Source: Mantamonas sphyraenae STR306
Taxonomy: Eukaryota > Protista > CRuMs
Length of the DNA: 64,000 nucleotides
Direction: 5' to 3'
Assembly: GCA_026936335.1 (NCBI GenBank)
Contig: JAPMXV010000052.1
Coordinates: 124,001 to 188,000, forward strand
Within the stretch, counting starts at the first letter, position 1. Each line of letters begins with the position of its first letter. A program made the position numbers and the translations under genes. Of the stretch, positions 11,622 to 24,005 are shown piece after piece. Under the pieces are notes generated by a model that saw only the letters and a program-made list of their open reading frames with translations, did no database searches and was not told the DNA's origin.

Positions 11622-12118
11622 CTGGCTACGGTACCCCCAACAGCCAGGCGGGCAAACTGCCCAATGTGTCAAAGTGGCGCACTTTTGTCCAAAGTGAAAC
11701 CCATCGCAAGATGTTTGACCGCGACCCGGGCTTCGACGAGTTTGTGCGCACACAGGCACAGATGGAGCTCCTCGGGGACGGGTTCCGGCGCCGGTCCATG
11801 CAGCGTACAGAGACACAGCGGCGTCGACCGTCTGTGGACGATTCAGCACGCATGGGAGGTAGCAACAACAGCAACAGCAACAGCAGCAGTAACAACAACA
11901 ACCGCAACACCAGCGAGATGTCTGGGGAAGAGCTTGACGAGCAGTTCTGCGACGAAAACTGCCGCAACCAGTTGCAAGAGATGATGAGTGATCCACTGTT
12001 CCAGAATGTGATGACACTGGCTGACGTGCCTGAGGATCTCATGCCAGAGGAGATGCGTGGAGACCATGCTGGCAAGAACCTGGACTTTCGCATGGACGAC
12101 CTGTCCATTGACGAATGA
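10485..12118 (+). CDS. Heat shock transcription factor family protein; intron 10885-11060; an additional 5' exon is possible
   Basis: HSF DNA-binding domain ([29 protein letters not shown]) followed by a heptad coiled coil. The start codon is uncertain. Confidence 0.88.
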
Positions 12119-12279
12119 GCATGGGTGGGAGAAGACGAGCAACGATGTGATGGATAAAAGAGACAAGCATGTCTTTCATGTCTTTGTCTTTGCACGGACG
12201 AGGGAGGCAGACAGGATGCGCAAGCGACTGGACGGCCAGCACAAACGCCAACTCCACACACAGAAACACGCACATCAGC

Positions 12280-12491
12280 ATGGGATGGACAGATACAGTT
12301 GCCCTGTACAACAGCTTTGAGCAGGAGTGCAAGAAGCAGGATGTGGACGAGCAACAGGCCAAGAGCCTGCTTGCTCAGCTCAAGGTGCGTTGCAGCGTTC
12401 GTCTTGCGTCTCCTGCTATCCACACAGGACCCATTTTCCCACTTGGCTCCCCACATGACATCCAATGTTGTGGTTACCCTTCTCGTGTGTG

Positions 12492-12522
<31 letters not shown>

Positions 12523-13511
12523 TCTCGTCGCCATCTCGCTTGGGTTGGAGCTGACCCATTTCCGCGCGCAGATCGCCCTGACCGAGTACGGCTTCCTGGC
12601 CCCAAAGAGCGCCAGCCGCGTGGATGAGTTTACCCTTGCACGTAGGTTGCCCCGTGTGTCATTGCCATGACAACACCGATGCTTCCTACACACACGTGCA
12701 CGCGCTCCTTGGCACGTGCAGGTGGTGGACACATGGTCGCAGCCGGAAAGCCCTCTTCTCCATCCCGTGGCTCACCCAATTGCCAAAAACACACGACAGG
12801 CTCCACCCTGGAGAACGCAGCTTTGATGTACATCCACCTGGGCGACACAGAGGCGTTTGAGCGCACCATTGTGCAGCTCAAGGCATACTACTTTGACCTG
12901 GACGACCTGTAGGTTGGCAGCAGCCAAGAGCGGCAGAGTGTTCAATTCCGCCTTGCTCACACACCTTGCCCGTCTTGCCCCATGCCACTGTGTGACACAG
13001 GAGCTTCGAGGTGCAGCCGTCCGAGAGGCAGTTTCCCATGTTGGGACTGCACCTGCTGAACCTGCTGACACAGGGCCGTATCGGTGAATTCCACACCGAG
13101 CTGGAGCTGATTCCCCTGGAGGACCACAGCAACACATACGTGGCACTGCCCGTGCGTCTGGAGCAGCAATTGATGGAGGGTAACTATGCAAAGATCCTGA
13201 ATGGCTCGCACGACGTACCCATGGACGAGTTTAACGTGTTTATGGACATCTTGACGGACACGGTGCGTGACGAGGTGGCCGAGTGTTCGGAAAAGGCTTA
13301 CAAGAGCCTGAGCAGCAAGGCAGCCAAGGAGCTGCTTATGTTTAGCACAGATGACCAGCTCAATGACTATGCCGCTGAACGGGAGTGGGACATTGACGAG
13401 ATGGGTGTGGTCACCTTTGGCAACAACGACGACAACAATGTCAATGTCTCTGCCGAACTCATGGTCTCCAAGACGGTGGAGTATGCCATTGAGTTGGAGA
13501 AGATTGTGTGA
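12280..13511 (+). CDS. PSMD8: 26S proteasome lid subunit Rpn12; 4 exons
   Basis: AFERTIVQLKAYYFD, MLGLHLLNLLTQGRIGEFHTELE, LEQQLMEGNYAKI, TVRDEVAECSEKAY and the C-terminus YAIELEKIV. Confidence 0.96.
12495..12521. repeat. (GT)n microsatellite in Rpn12 intron 1
   Basis: Perfect dinucleotide run. Confidence 0.9.
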
Positions 13512-13582
13512 TGTCACAAGCCAATGCAATCCACTGCAATCCACGCCCCCCCCCCCGTTCCAACCAACAGAACACAGCAATC

Positions 13583-14977
13583 ATGCACTCCCGTCTTGTG
13601 CTCGTTGTGTTGGGTGTGGTGCTCATGGCCTCGTTTGCACATGCCTCCTTCCGTCACCACCCACGTGTGCCCATGCGCCACCACCGCGCTCCCCAAGACC
13701 CGCCCATCCCACCCATCAACTTCACTTGTCCCAAACTCCCGCCTGCGCCCCCTGCCACCGATGTGCGCAAGCTTCGTTTCAACGTACGTGCCATCCACCA
13801 CCCGTTCATGCTCTCCATGGATTGCGCTTGCCACCCATATCTTCTGGGGCGTCTGGGATCCACGCCAACTTCCTTGCCGTTTGTCCCAACTCACGCCTTT
13901 TCTTTGCTGATCCCATCACAGAACATCAAAGTGGTCATGGCTCTGGGAGACTCCATCTCTGCAGGCTTCAGCATGAAGTCTCGAAAGGTCGACCAGGAGT
14001 TCTTTGAGTGGCGTGGCGACGTGTTTTCCATTGGTGGGTTGATGATTGTGTGTGGTTGGCTGCAGGTTGTTGTTGGCCTGCAGCCGATTGGGGCATGTGT
14101 ATGCAAGCAGACACTGACACACAGATGACACGATGGCCATATCCACCCATCCACATGTGGCATGCATGCACCACCGTTCCCCCACCGTGCTGTCACAGGA
14201 GGCGACGAAGGGGCACCGACCATCCCCAACTGGCTCAAGGCAGTGGGAGCAGTGACAGAAGGACAGTCCTATGGCATCACGTACCCTCTCAAGAAGGGCT
14301 CGCGTCTGGACGGAGCAGTGAGCGAGGCACAGATCCAACATGTGCCGGAACAGGTGGACTACCTGATCAAGGAGCTGAAGGGCACGTATGCACACAAGGT
14401 GGACTTTGAGAAGGATTGGAAGCTGTTGACACTGTTCATTGGGGCCAACAACATGTGCAGCGGTAGCCACAGTCATGATGCCGACTTTTACGAGGCGCAA
14501 CTGCGCAGTGTGATCAACCAGGTGTACACCAACATCCCGCGGGTGTTTATGAACGTGATGACCCTGTTCAACATCTCGCAGGTGTGGGATGTGGGACACA
14601 CGGACTCGTACTGCTCATGGGTGTTTGAGCATGTGGACGAGTGTCCGCGTCTGTACAAGGCAGCCGACCGCATGCAGATGGACATTGACACACAGGCCAT
14701 GAACCAGCGAATCTACAAAGTGGTGAATGAGTGGCAGGCAAAGAACCTGGCCAACTTCACCGTGGTTGTGCAGCCGGGTCTGGAGAACCTCATTGTGCCC
14801 TCGGAGAACTTTCTCAGCAACCTGGACTGCTTCCATCCCAACCAGTATGCCGATGAGGCATTTGCCCTGGCCATTTGGAACAACATGAATGTGCCCACCG
14901 ACAAGAAGCAGACCACCATCGACATCCTCAACCCTCCCCCGCCTCTTTGCCCCACTGCCGATCAGTACATCCAGTGA
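13583..14977 (+). CDS. Secreted phospholipase B1-like SGNH/GDSL lipase; 2 introns
   Basis: Signal peptide, IKVVMALGDSISAGF, DFEKDWKLLTLFIGANN, LDCFHP and ALAIWNNM, all PLB1-type blocks. Confidence 0.92.
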
Positions 14978-15264
14978 TGATCCAGTCAGGGCTGTTGTAT
15001 GTGGCCATCAGGTGGTGACCAGCACCAGCAACCATAAACATGCATGCATGGACACACACACACACTCTCTCACTCACATTCTTTGTTGAACTCCACTGGA
15101 CACTCACGCAACACTCCAACCTGTGACCACATGCCTGTGCCATCCATCCACTGTCCCCCTTCTCCCACTCCCATTCCCCCCCTCCCCCTTCTCCTCCTGT
15201 GCTGTTTCCCACCTGTGTCTGACTCTGTGGCGTCCCATGGCGCAACCCATCCCCTGCCGCGACG

Positions 15265-17413
15265 ATGAGTACCACCGACGAGACGCCCAAATCCATTCTG
15301 AAGAAGAGTGGGGGCGAGTCCGCGGCAGACAGTCCCAAAAAGAGTGTCACCATTCGGCTGGAGGGTGAGGAGGAGCAGATGGAGGAGCAGCCGTTGGAGA
15401 ACAAGGTATGTGCCGGCGGGCGGAAACTTCGTTGGAAATCGGCGCGCGTCAGGGAATTTCGAGGACGGGCATGCGAAAGTGGGCCTTGGTTACTGACGGC
15501 GGGAGGACACATGGGCCACGGACACACATTAACCACACCACACAGAACCTTCAGGGGGCACGGAGGGCACGGTCGTCGTCGTGGGTATTGTCGACGAACA
15601 AGGCCGGGAAGGGCAAAAGCAAGACGGCGGATGAGTACAAAGCCCACTCGCTGGAGGACAAAGTGGTGCGTTCTGGAGACGACAACGAGAGCAGCAGTAG
15701 TAGCAGCAGTAGCAGCAGTGGCAGCAGTGGCGCATCGTCATCAACGTCCTCGTCATCATCTTCATCATCGTCGTCTTCGTCGTCGTCGGGCAACAACGAC
15801 GGGGGCAAGGCCATCATCAACCGGGACCTGTCTGCGCTCAAAGGCAAAGACTCGGAGGCCAGCACAAGCTCGCTGGCCTCTTCGGGCTCGTCCTCCTCCA
15901 ACTCGATTGGGCAGACGGTGCAGAAGGACGACGAGAACTTCCAGCAGATGTATGATATGCTGCTGGGCATCCGTCTGACTGTGGGGCGCACCTCGGCCAA
16001 GCCGGCGCGCGATTTGACGGACGAAGACTACGAGGAAACGGTGAAGTTGGAGATCCCAGCACAGGATTCAGAGCTCGGATACGAGTTTAAGTTTAAGGAC
16101 TATGCACCCATGGTGTTTCGTCACATCCGAGAGATGTTCAACGTGGACGCAGGTGACTACATGGTACGTGCCGGCCACCCACAGTTTTTTTTTTGGCGAC
16201 TCCCGCCGCGGAGGGAATTTTGCCCTGGGCTTGCGTTTTCCCCCTTGCATGCGTGTGCCTGGCGTGTGTCGCATTACAAAAACCCGTGGGAAAGGACAGA
16301 TGTGCATATGGACAAGTGTACAGTGTGGCATGGAATAACAACAACAGTGTGGGATGATGGGGATGACAAAACGGGCTTTGTCGAATGGTTGCTGACTCGC
16401 AGCTGCGTTTTTTGGCTCCCGCCAACCGTCGCACGCAGGTTTCCCTGACGGGCGATTATCAACTGAACTACACACAGTCGCCGGGCAAGAGTGGGTCGTT
16501 TTTCTACTTTTCGGCCGACCAGCGGTTTATCATCAAGACGGCAGACGACGAGGAGTGCAAATACCTGCGCAGCATCTTGCAGGATCTCGTGAAACACTAC
16601 CGGGCGAACCCACACACGCTGATCACACGGTTCTTTGGTCTGCACCGTGTCAAACCCTACCGTGGGAAGAAGGTGCACTTTGTGGTGATGGGCAATGTGT
16701 TCCACCCCAGCAAGAAGATCCACACCCGCTTCGACCTCAAGGGCAGCACCGTGGGGAGGAATGCCTCGGACGAGGAGAAACAGTCCGAGAACTGCACATA
16801 CAAGGATCTGGACTTTGATCGCACATTGACGTTTGGTCCAGAGAAGAAGGCTGCCTTTCTGAAGCAGATTCGAACCGACGCCGCCTTTCTGGCCGACAAC
16901 AACATCATGGACTACTCTCTCCTCCTGGGCATCCACGACTACACACGCGCTGAGGACAATGACACCTCTCTCTCGGTACGCTCTCGCGACCGTCTGGCTT
17001 ACGAACGCCAGCGTGCCATGTCCCTCAGTCTCGCGCCCATGAGCACACCCCGTCTCAAGTTCCTCAACAGCTCGCCCAAGGAGCGTGTCATGAGCATGTT
17101 TATGGCCGAAGACGGTGGCATCCGCGCAACCAACGAGAAGAACGAAACCCTGGACGAGTTGTACTTTATCGGCATCATCGACATCCTGCAGCCGTACAAC
17201 AAGAAGAAGAAGGCTGAGCACGCGCTCAAGAGTCTCAAGTTTGACAAGAACGGCATCTCTGCAGTGAACGCAGAGTTCTATGCAGAGCGCTTTGTGGACT
17301 TTATGACCAAGAAGACAGGACAGCCCAAGAAGGAGGAGGGCGAGGCGGACGAAGAGGGCGGCTCGTCCTCTTCGAGCAGCAACGACGCCTCATCGTCGTC
17401 ATCCAACAGCTGA
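15265..17413 (+). CDS. Phosphatidylinositol-4-phosphate 5-kinase; introns 15406-15545 and 16164-16438
   Basis: FKFKDYAPMVFRHIRE, SPGKSGSFFYFSADQRFIIKT, FDLKGS, KDLD, MDYSLLLGIH and FIGIIDILQPY. Confidence 0.96.
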
Positions 17414-17604
17414 TGAACACAGGAGGATGGGAGAGGGCAGGAACACAACAAACAAACACGTACAGCTCATGACTTCCCTCCCCTGCTTCCATTTGTACCC
17501 GACAAGAGCAATAAGAAGAAGCCCCACACTTGGGCATTAATTTTTGATTGAGACCAAAATTACACAAACGGGAAACCAACACGGATTCAAACTTCAATCA
17601 AAAT

Positions 17605-18608
17605 TTACTGCTCCTTCTTCGCCGCTGCGCCGATGATGCTCTCGGCGGTGGTCTCACTGAAGCTGACGTTCATCTCGTCCACAACACTGTGGGTGTACGC
17701 GAGGAAGGCGTAGATGGAGGCGCTGCCGACAAGGTGCGCCACACCAAGCGCCGGGATGGAATAGGCTTGGCACAGAGTGTCGTTGTGCTCGGCAATGAGC
17801 GGTGCTGCGACAGCCAACAGGACGCTGACGAGCACAGAGAGGCGGTTGGGGAAGCCAGAGGCAAAGAGGGCAAAGAAGCTGAGGATCTTGAGGTAGGCAA
17901 TCCAGACGACGGCGGCGGCAAAGTAGGAGCCGCCGTTGCCCCACACATTGGCAGCCCAAAGGGCGACGAGGTACACGACGGCGCTCACGACCCACTGGTA
18001 CTTGCCCAGCATGTTTGTGTACAGGCTAAGGACGCTGGACAGCTGGCCAGCCACCACTGGCAAGGGGATGGCAGGCGAGGGAGCAAGGCGTGTCAGCAAA
18101 AGGGCGCGCAGCTCATGTTTTGGACGTGTGTGTGTGGAACAACGCACCGAGGAGGGACAGAAGGGCGTCCCAGTACATGCCCTCTGCCGTGGGTTCGAGG
18201 TGGTAGTTGAGAGAAACGAGACCGTAGAGGAGACTGGTCACAAAGGGCAGCTTGAGCTGGTTGTTCTTGCGAAGCGTCAGGGACAATCCGGCCAGACCTG
18301 GGAGGAGGAAGGAGGAATGGATGGATGCACATGCATAGCGGACAGGGCACACATGGACACAAGGGAGGGGAGAGTGTACAGGTGTGAGTCAAGGCAGCAG
18401 AGGGGAGAGAGGGAGAGAGCAGTGGACGTGTTGCTTGCTTGGCGCCAAAAAACGCACCGACAAAGGCAAAAGAGAGGCTGGAGACGACGCTGTTGAACGA
18501 GTTGATGCCATACTTGGGTGTGTCACAAGGACCGTTGATGAGGGCCAGTGCAGGCTCTGCAGTCAATGCAGACCAGACGTTGTAGCACTGTTCGGGCAGT
18601 GTGAACAT
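17605..18608 (-). CDS. CREST-superfamily (alkaline ceramidase-like) multi-pass membrane protein, divergent; 3 exons
   Basis: CDTPKYGINSFNSVVSSLSF, SxxxH (SLNYH) with Asp 11 residues later (YWDA), and DTLC...LGVAHLVG. Both introns are gtgcgt...cag and restore one frame. Confidence 0.65.
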
Positions 18609-18780
18609 TCGCGTGCAGAGGAAGTGGATTTTTGGGTGGACTGCGCTTCGCAGCACAACACACACATGCATCCATGACCCCATGCTCGTGCCCAATCACC
18701 AAACAATGAACCCCACTGTCGTGCCCAATGTTCATTCATCTGCATGGGATGTTCATGCGCAGCGGGGTGCACCGGAAACA

Positions 18781-20591
18781 ATGTCGCAACGATCCACTTG
18801 GCAGCCAAAGTCGAAGGCGAAGAAGACGGTGGCGATTGTGGGCACAGGGATGGCAGGATTGTGTTGTGGATGGCTGTTGTCGCAACAGAGCGATGCACCC
18901 AATGTGGTGATGTTTGAGGCCAACGACACCCTGGGCATTGATGCGGCGTCGGTGGATGTGCAAACAGCCAATGGGGAGGTGGTGCATGTCGATGTGCCCC
19001 TGCGCACCTTTTCCACGGAGTACTACGCCAACCTGACCACCATGTACACCAATCTGGGTGTCAAGGTCAATGCTGAGGACTTTGCCACCTCCTATTCTTA
19101 TTTGCATGGCAACGTGCGGCCGCAATACGCTCGTCCCACGGACCCGGGTGCCGCCCAGGGGCCCCAACCGGCCTACATTGCCTCCACCGCCAATGACCGT
19201 GGTGCATACTTCAAGTATGCCAATGTCATTCTGGGTGACATGAGTCTGCCCTTCCTCAACCCACTGGCGCTGTTTACAGACCCACTCCTGCGTGCCGTGT
19301 TGCCCGACTACTTTCGTTTGCTGTACAACACCCCGTCCCTGCTCAACGACACTCTCGTGCAATCCATGACCTTTGGCCAGCTCATCGCACACATGGAGTT
19401 GTCCCCGCAGTTTGTCAACCAGATCCTGTTGCCCATGCTCAGTGGTAAGTCCTCTCTTAAGTCCCCGCGCTGCCGGCATTCCTACCCCGCACGCTGACCC
19501 TCCCCTTCCCTCGCCCATGACACATTGCCCATTCATCACAACGTACAGGCGTGTGCACATGTTCGTACGAGGGAGTGCTTGCATACCCAGCCACGATGGT
19601 GTTGCACTACATGATGACTCGGTCGTTCTATGGCGTCCGCCGAGTGTCCGACGGAGTCGGTGACTTGGCACGGCTGTTGACCCAGGATTGCACAGTGCAC
19701 CTGAACAGCCCTGTGGTGTCACTGAAGCATGTGGATAAAGAGGGGAGTGGTGATGACAATGACGATGATGACAATGATGGCGATAGTGATCGATCGCGAG
19801 CCGTGTGTGTGACGTACATGGACAAGAGCAGTGGAAAGGAGAAGCAGGTGGTGGCAGACGAGGTGGTGGTGGCCACACAAGCCAACCAGGCATTGCGCAT
19901 TGCAGGCGATCTGTTGACACAGGAACAGGCGGAGGCGTTGGCTCAGTTTTCCTACGAGGTGTCGCGTGTGTGCGTGCACACGGATGCGTCGGCCATGCCC
20001 AAGGACAAGGCCGATTGGCGACCATGCAACTTCCACGTCAACACACACACAACCATGCCCCAACTGACCATTTGGATGAACAAGGTCAACGCAAAGCTGC
20101 GCAACGATCGCAACCTGTTCCAAACCTGGAACCCACTCGTGGACATCCACGACAACACCATCCTGGGCCAGAGTCTGTTTGAACGTGTGGTCATGGACGA
20201 CAAGGCCGTCCAGGGTGTGCGTCAACTCAACGCCACCCAGGGTGACCACAACCTGTGGTTTTGTGGCGCCTACGCTCTCGAAGGCATGCCTCTCTTGGAG
20301 AACGCCTCCCTTTCTGGCTTCCAGGTGGCCCAACGATTGGGTGCCACCCTGCCCTGGCATGTCAAGCCTGTGTCTCGATCATGGTCACTCAAACACATGG
20401 TCACCTGGTGCATGGTCTACCTCCTGGGCCTCTTGTCGGTCCTCTGGCATGCCATCACCCGCTCCAACGCAAAGGCAAAGCAGGCACAGACCCTGTATGG
20501 TGTCTATGGACGAGACACTGCCACCCCCCACACACACCTCCTCCTCCTCCTCCTCCTCCTCTCTTCCTCCTCCTCGTCATCAACAGAATGA
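18781..20591 (+). CDS. FAD/NAD(P)-dependent oxidoreductase of the amine-oxidase fold (COG2907-like) with a C-terminal TM segment; intron 19445-19548
   Basis: Rossmann motif VAIVGTGMAGL, VDVPLRTF...YYANL, VHTDASAMP...W, QGDHNLWFCGAY...LENASLSG. Confidence 0.85.
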
Positions 20592-20662
20592 ACGCAGCTC
20601 CACTCCCCACACCCCCCCTCTCTTCCAACCAAACACACACACACACACACACAGTCACAAAC

Positions 20663-23600
20663 ATGTCAGAGGACCAGGCCCAGCCCATGGAACTCGACTG
20701 GACCTTTGGGTTCACAGGACAGGTGCTCAACCTGTCCACAGCAAGGCACAAGACCCTCTTCTATGCCGCGGGCCACACCGGTGTCATCTACGACATGCAA
20801 ACACAGCAGCAGCGAGCCCTTCAGGGTCATGTACGTGCCATTGTCCCATCCACATGCTTCCATTCCATCCATCCATCCCACTGTCCACTCTCTCGTGTGC
20901 CTCTGCTGACCCCTTTCGGCACCTTGCAGCTGAACAAAATCACCGCCTGCACGGTTTCCCGCGACAAACGCTGGCTCGTCACGGCCGACTGTGGCGAGGA
21001 CAGCATCCTTATTGTGTGGGATACCCTCAATGGCAACCCAGTCAAGACATTCCCGCGACCCCATGGCAGCCAGGGCATTGCTGCCATGGATATGAGCGCC
21101 GATCTTGGCTTCCTTGTGACCGTTTCCGATAGTGCGTTGCCCCACCACCGACTCTTTCCTCACCCCAGACCTTGGCACACACGTGGACATGCACTGACAC
21201 ACTCGAATGACATACATTCCCCCACTCCCCACTCCCCCATGCACACGCCCCCCCCCCCCCACACACACACACACATGCACACCAATGCGCACGCCCGCAG
21301 GCTTGCCGCAGACGTTGTCCATTTGGGACTGGACGGCGGAAGGGGAGGTAGTGGAGCCTGTTCACACGGCAGCCATCGACAGCACCGATCTGCAGACGTG
21401 TGTCAAGTTCAATCCCAAGAATGCAGGGTATGTGGTGTGCAACGGGGCCCAGGATGTGTTCTTCTGGCAGTGGGACACCCAAAGCATCCAGGTCTCTGTG
21501 GCCAACCTGAGCAACGTGACCATGGCCAAAGCAACCACTGCTCTGACACAGAGCATCTTTGTGCCTGCGGCCGAATCGTTGGGAGTGTCCAAGTATGCGT
21601 CGGGCCACCATTCGAACGAGCTGGAGAAGCTGGAGAGCAAGGCGGTGATTGAGAAGCAGGAAGTGCCCGAGTTTGACGTGTTGACGGCCACCACCGACGG
21701 CGATGTGTACCTGTGGCAGAAGCCACGGTACAGCACGTCGGATGATGACGTGGACAGCTACCACGTGGCCAAGGTGGTGCGTTTGCACGAACACTGCATC
21801 AACGTCCTCACCACCATCGGCGAGTACATCGTCAGCGGCGGCGCAGAGGGCTTCATTCGCTTCTACGACTTTCAATTCCGTCTCGTGGCCTGGTTTGAAG
21901 ACTTGGGCGTCACCAAGATCAACAGCATCGCCTTTGACTACTTCAACCCCAAACGGAGGCCCTCCAAGAGCGCCAGTGCGGCGGCGGCGGCCTCCAAACG
22001 TCGCAAGCAGGCCACCGTGTCTGCCATGACGGGCATGACCACGAGTAGCAGCAGCAGCAGCAGCAGTGGTATGCATGGGGGCGGTGACGACGACGACTTG
22101 GAGGATGATCAGGAGGCGTTTGATGCACCCAACCTTGTGGCATCGTCAGACACAGACATCATCATGGTGCCATCGTCCCTGTTTGACTCTGTGGAGGCAG
22201 AGTACCGTCCGTCGGAAACCATCATCGAGGGGTTGGACGGCGCGGTGGCCGGCATCGACACGCATCCGATTGTGCCTGTGCTTGCGGTGGCTGGCCACCT
22301 GTGTGGTCCCGTGCAGCTGTGGGACTACGAACGTCGTGAGCTCATCCACTCGTGGGTGCCGGGGGGCACCAAGCGCAAGCGTGGATCGCATCTGAACCCG
22401 GTGTGCGTCAAGTTTGACCCCTCGGGCGAACTGCTGGCGGTGGCCTTCCAGGACGGCGGTCTCAAGCTGCTCACCACCAACAACTTTGAGGTGGCAAAGG
22501 CATTCAAGATGGGTGACGATGAGAAGGAGCAACACGTGGCGGAGTCGATTGTCTTTTCGCCCGACGGGGCGTACATTGCCACGGCCAACCACGACTGCTC
22601 GGTGGGGATCTATCACCTGGAAGAAGTGGTGCGTAGGGACCCGGAGCTGGGTGAAGAGTACCGCGTGTTGGATTGGAACTATTTGGGGCGGTACAAGTCG
22701 CACTACAAACCCATCACGGGACTGCTCTTTAGCAAGGGCGAATCGGGCAATGCCGACGACGTGCGTCTGCTCTCTGTGGGCACCGATCGCTACCTGGTGG
22801 AGTACGACCTGGCCAACTCCTCCCTGGTGGGTGGCATCAAGCTCAAGACACGCACTCGCCTGGAAAAGACCGCGGTGCCCACAGCCGTGTGTTTGCACCC
22901 ACACACCTCCAAGGAAGACTTTGTGCTCACGGCCAACGACGAATTCAAGTTCAAACTGTACAACACCAACAACAAGATGGCACGGCGCACGGTGTTGGGT
23001 CCCACGTTTGGGGGACCCCTTCGCCAGATGGTGATGTTGCCCCTGCCGATGAACGCAAGTACCTGGAGGACCAGGCGCAGTACATGGTGTACGCCACGGA
23101 GGAGCGTGTGGTGGGACTGACCAAGTTCCCATTGGATGGCAATCCCAACAAGAGCATGGGCATGATTGCACACCCGGGGCCCGTGGGCATGGGCATCGCA
23201 TGCAGCAACGACGGACGCTACCTGTTCACCTCGGGCGTCACCGACCGCACCGTCAACATGTGGGCGGTCAACACAGACGCGTTGGACGCCCAGGAGGAGG
23301 CCGGGGGCGATGGCTTGGAACCGTACATCTCGCTGATTGAGGGTGGTCGCCATGGAGACTTTTACCAGGAGATGCACGAGTACTTTTACTACGCACAGCT
23401 GCAAGCACAGGGGGAGAACACGACAGGCAATCGCAGGATTGCCGACAAGGTGTCCCTGTCGGAGATCCCCAACCTCATGCGTGCCCTGGGGTACTATCCC
23501 ACCGAAAAGGAGATCCTGGACATGCACAACGAAGTCAAGTACGACAAGTTTGTCGAGAGTGGCGAGTATGTGGAGAACGTCACCTTTCCCGAGTTTCTCA

Positions 23601-23941
23601 AGCTCTACGTCAACCACAGGCCCGTGTTGGGCATCGGTGCAAACGAAGTCGAGGACATGCTCCTCCTCCTGGGCGCCACTCGCGATCCAAAGACGGGTGA
23701 GTTGGCACTGGACAAGGACAAGCTCTTTGCCATGCTCCAGGGCCAGGGGGAAATCATGTCCGAGATGGAACTGCGCAAGTGTCTCCAGCGCCTCCTGCCC
23801 GAAGACAAGGCCTCTGTCGCTGCCATGCCCGACAAGATCTCCACGGAGTTTCTTGCAGAGGAGATCCTTGGGTTTGAGGTTGTCGATGAGCCCGAGCCCC
23901 AGTCCGATGTCCAGGTGCAGGTCGTCAGTGTGGATGATTGA
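20663..23941 (+). CDS. CFAP251: Cilia- and flagella-associated protein 251 (WDR66), WD40 + EF-hand-like tail; 2 introns; apparent -1 frame break near 23040
   Basis: LDWTFGF, WNYLGRYKSHYKPI, TVLGPTFGGP, PLDGNPNKSMGMIAHP, YFYYAQLQAQG, LMRALGYYPTE and FLKLYVNHRP. Confidence 0.92.
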
Positions 23942-24005
23942 AGAAAATATTTGCATTGCACTGTACTTACAGCATTGCCTCGCTCATTGTGTGTCCATTG
24001 TGTGC

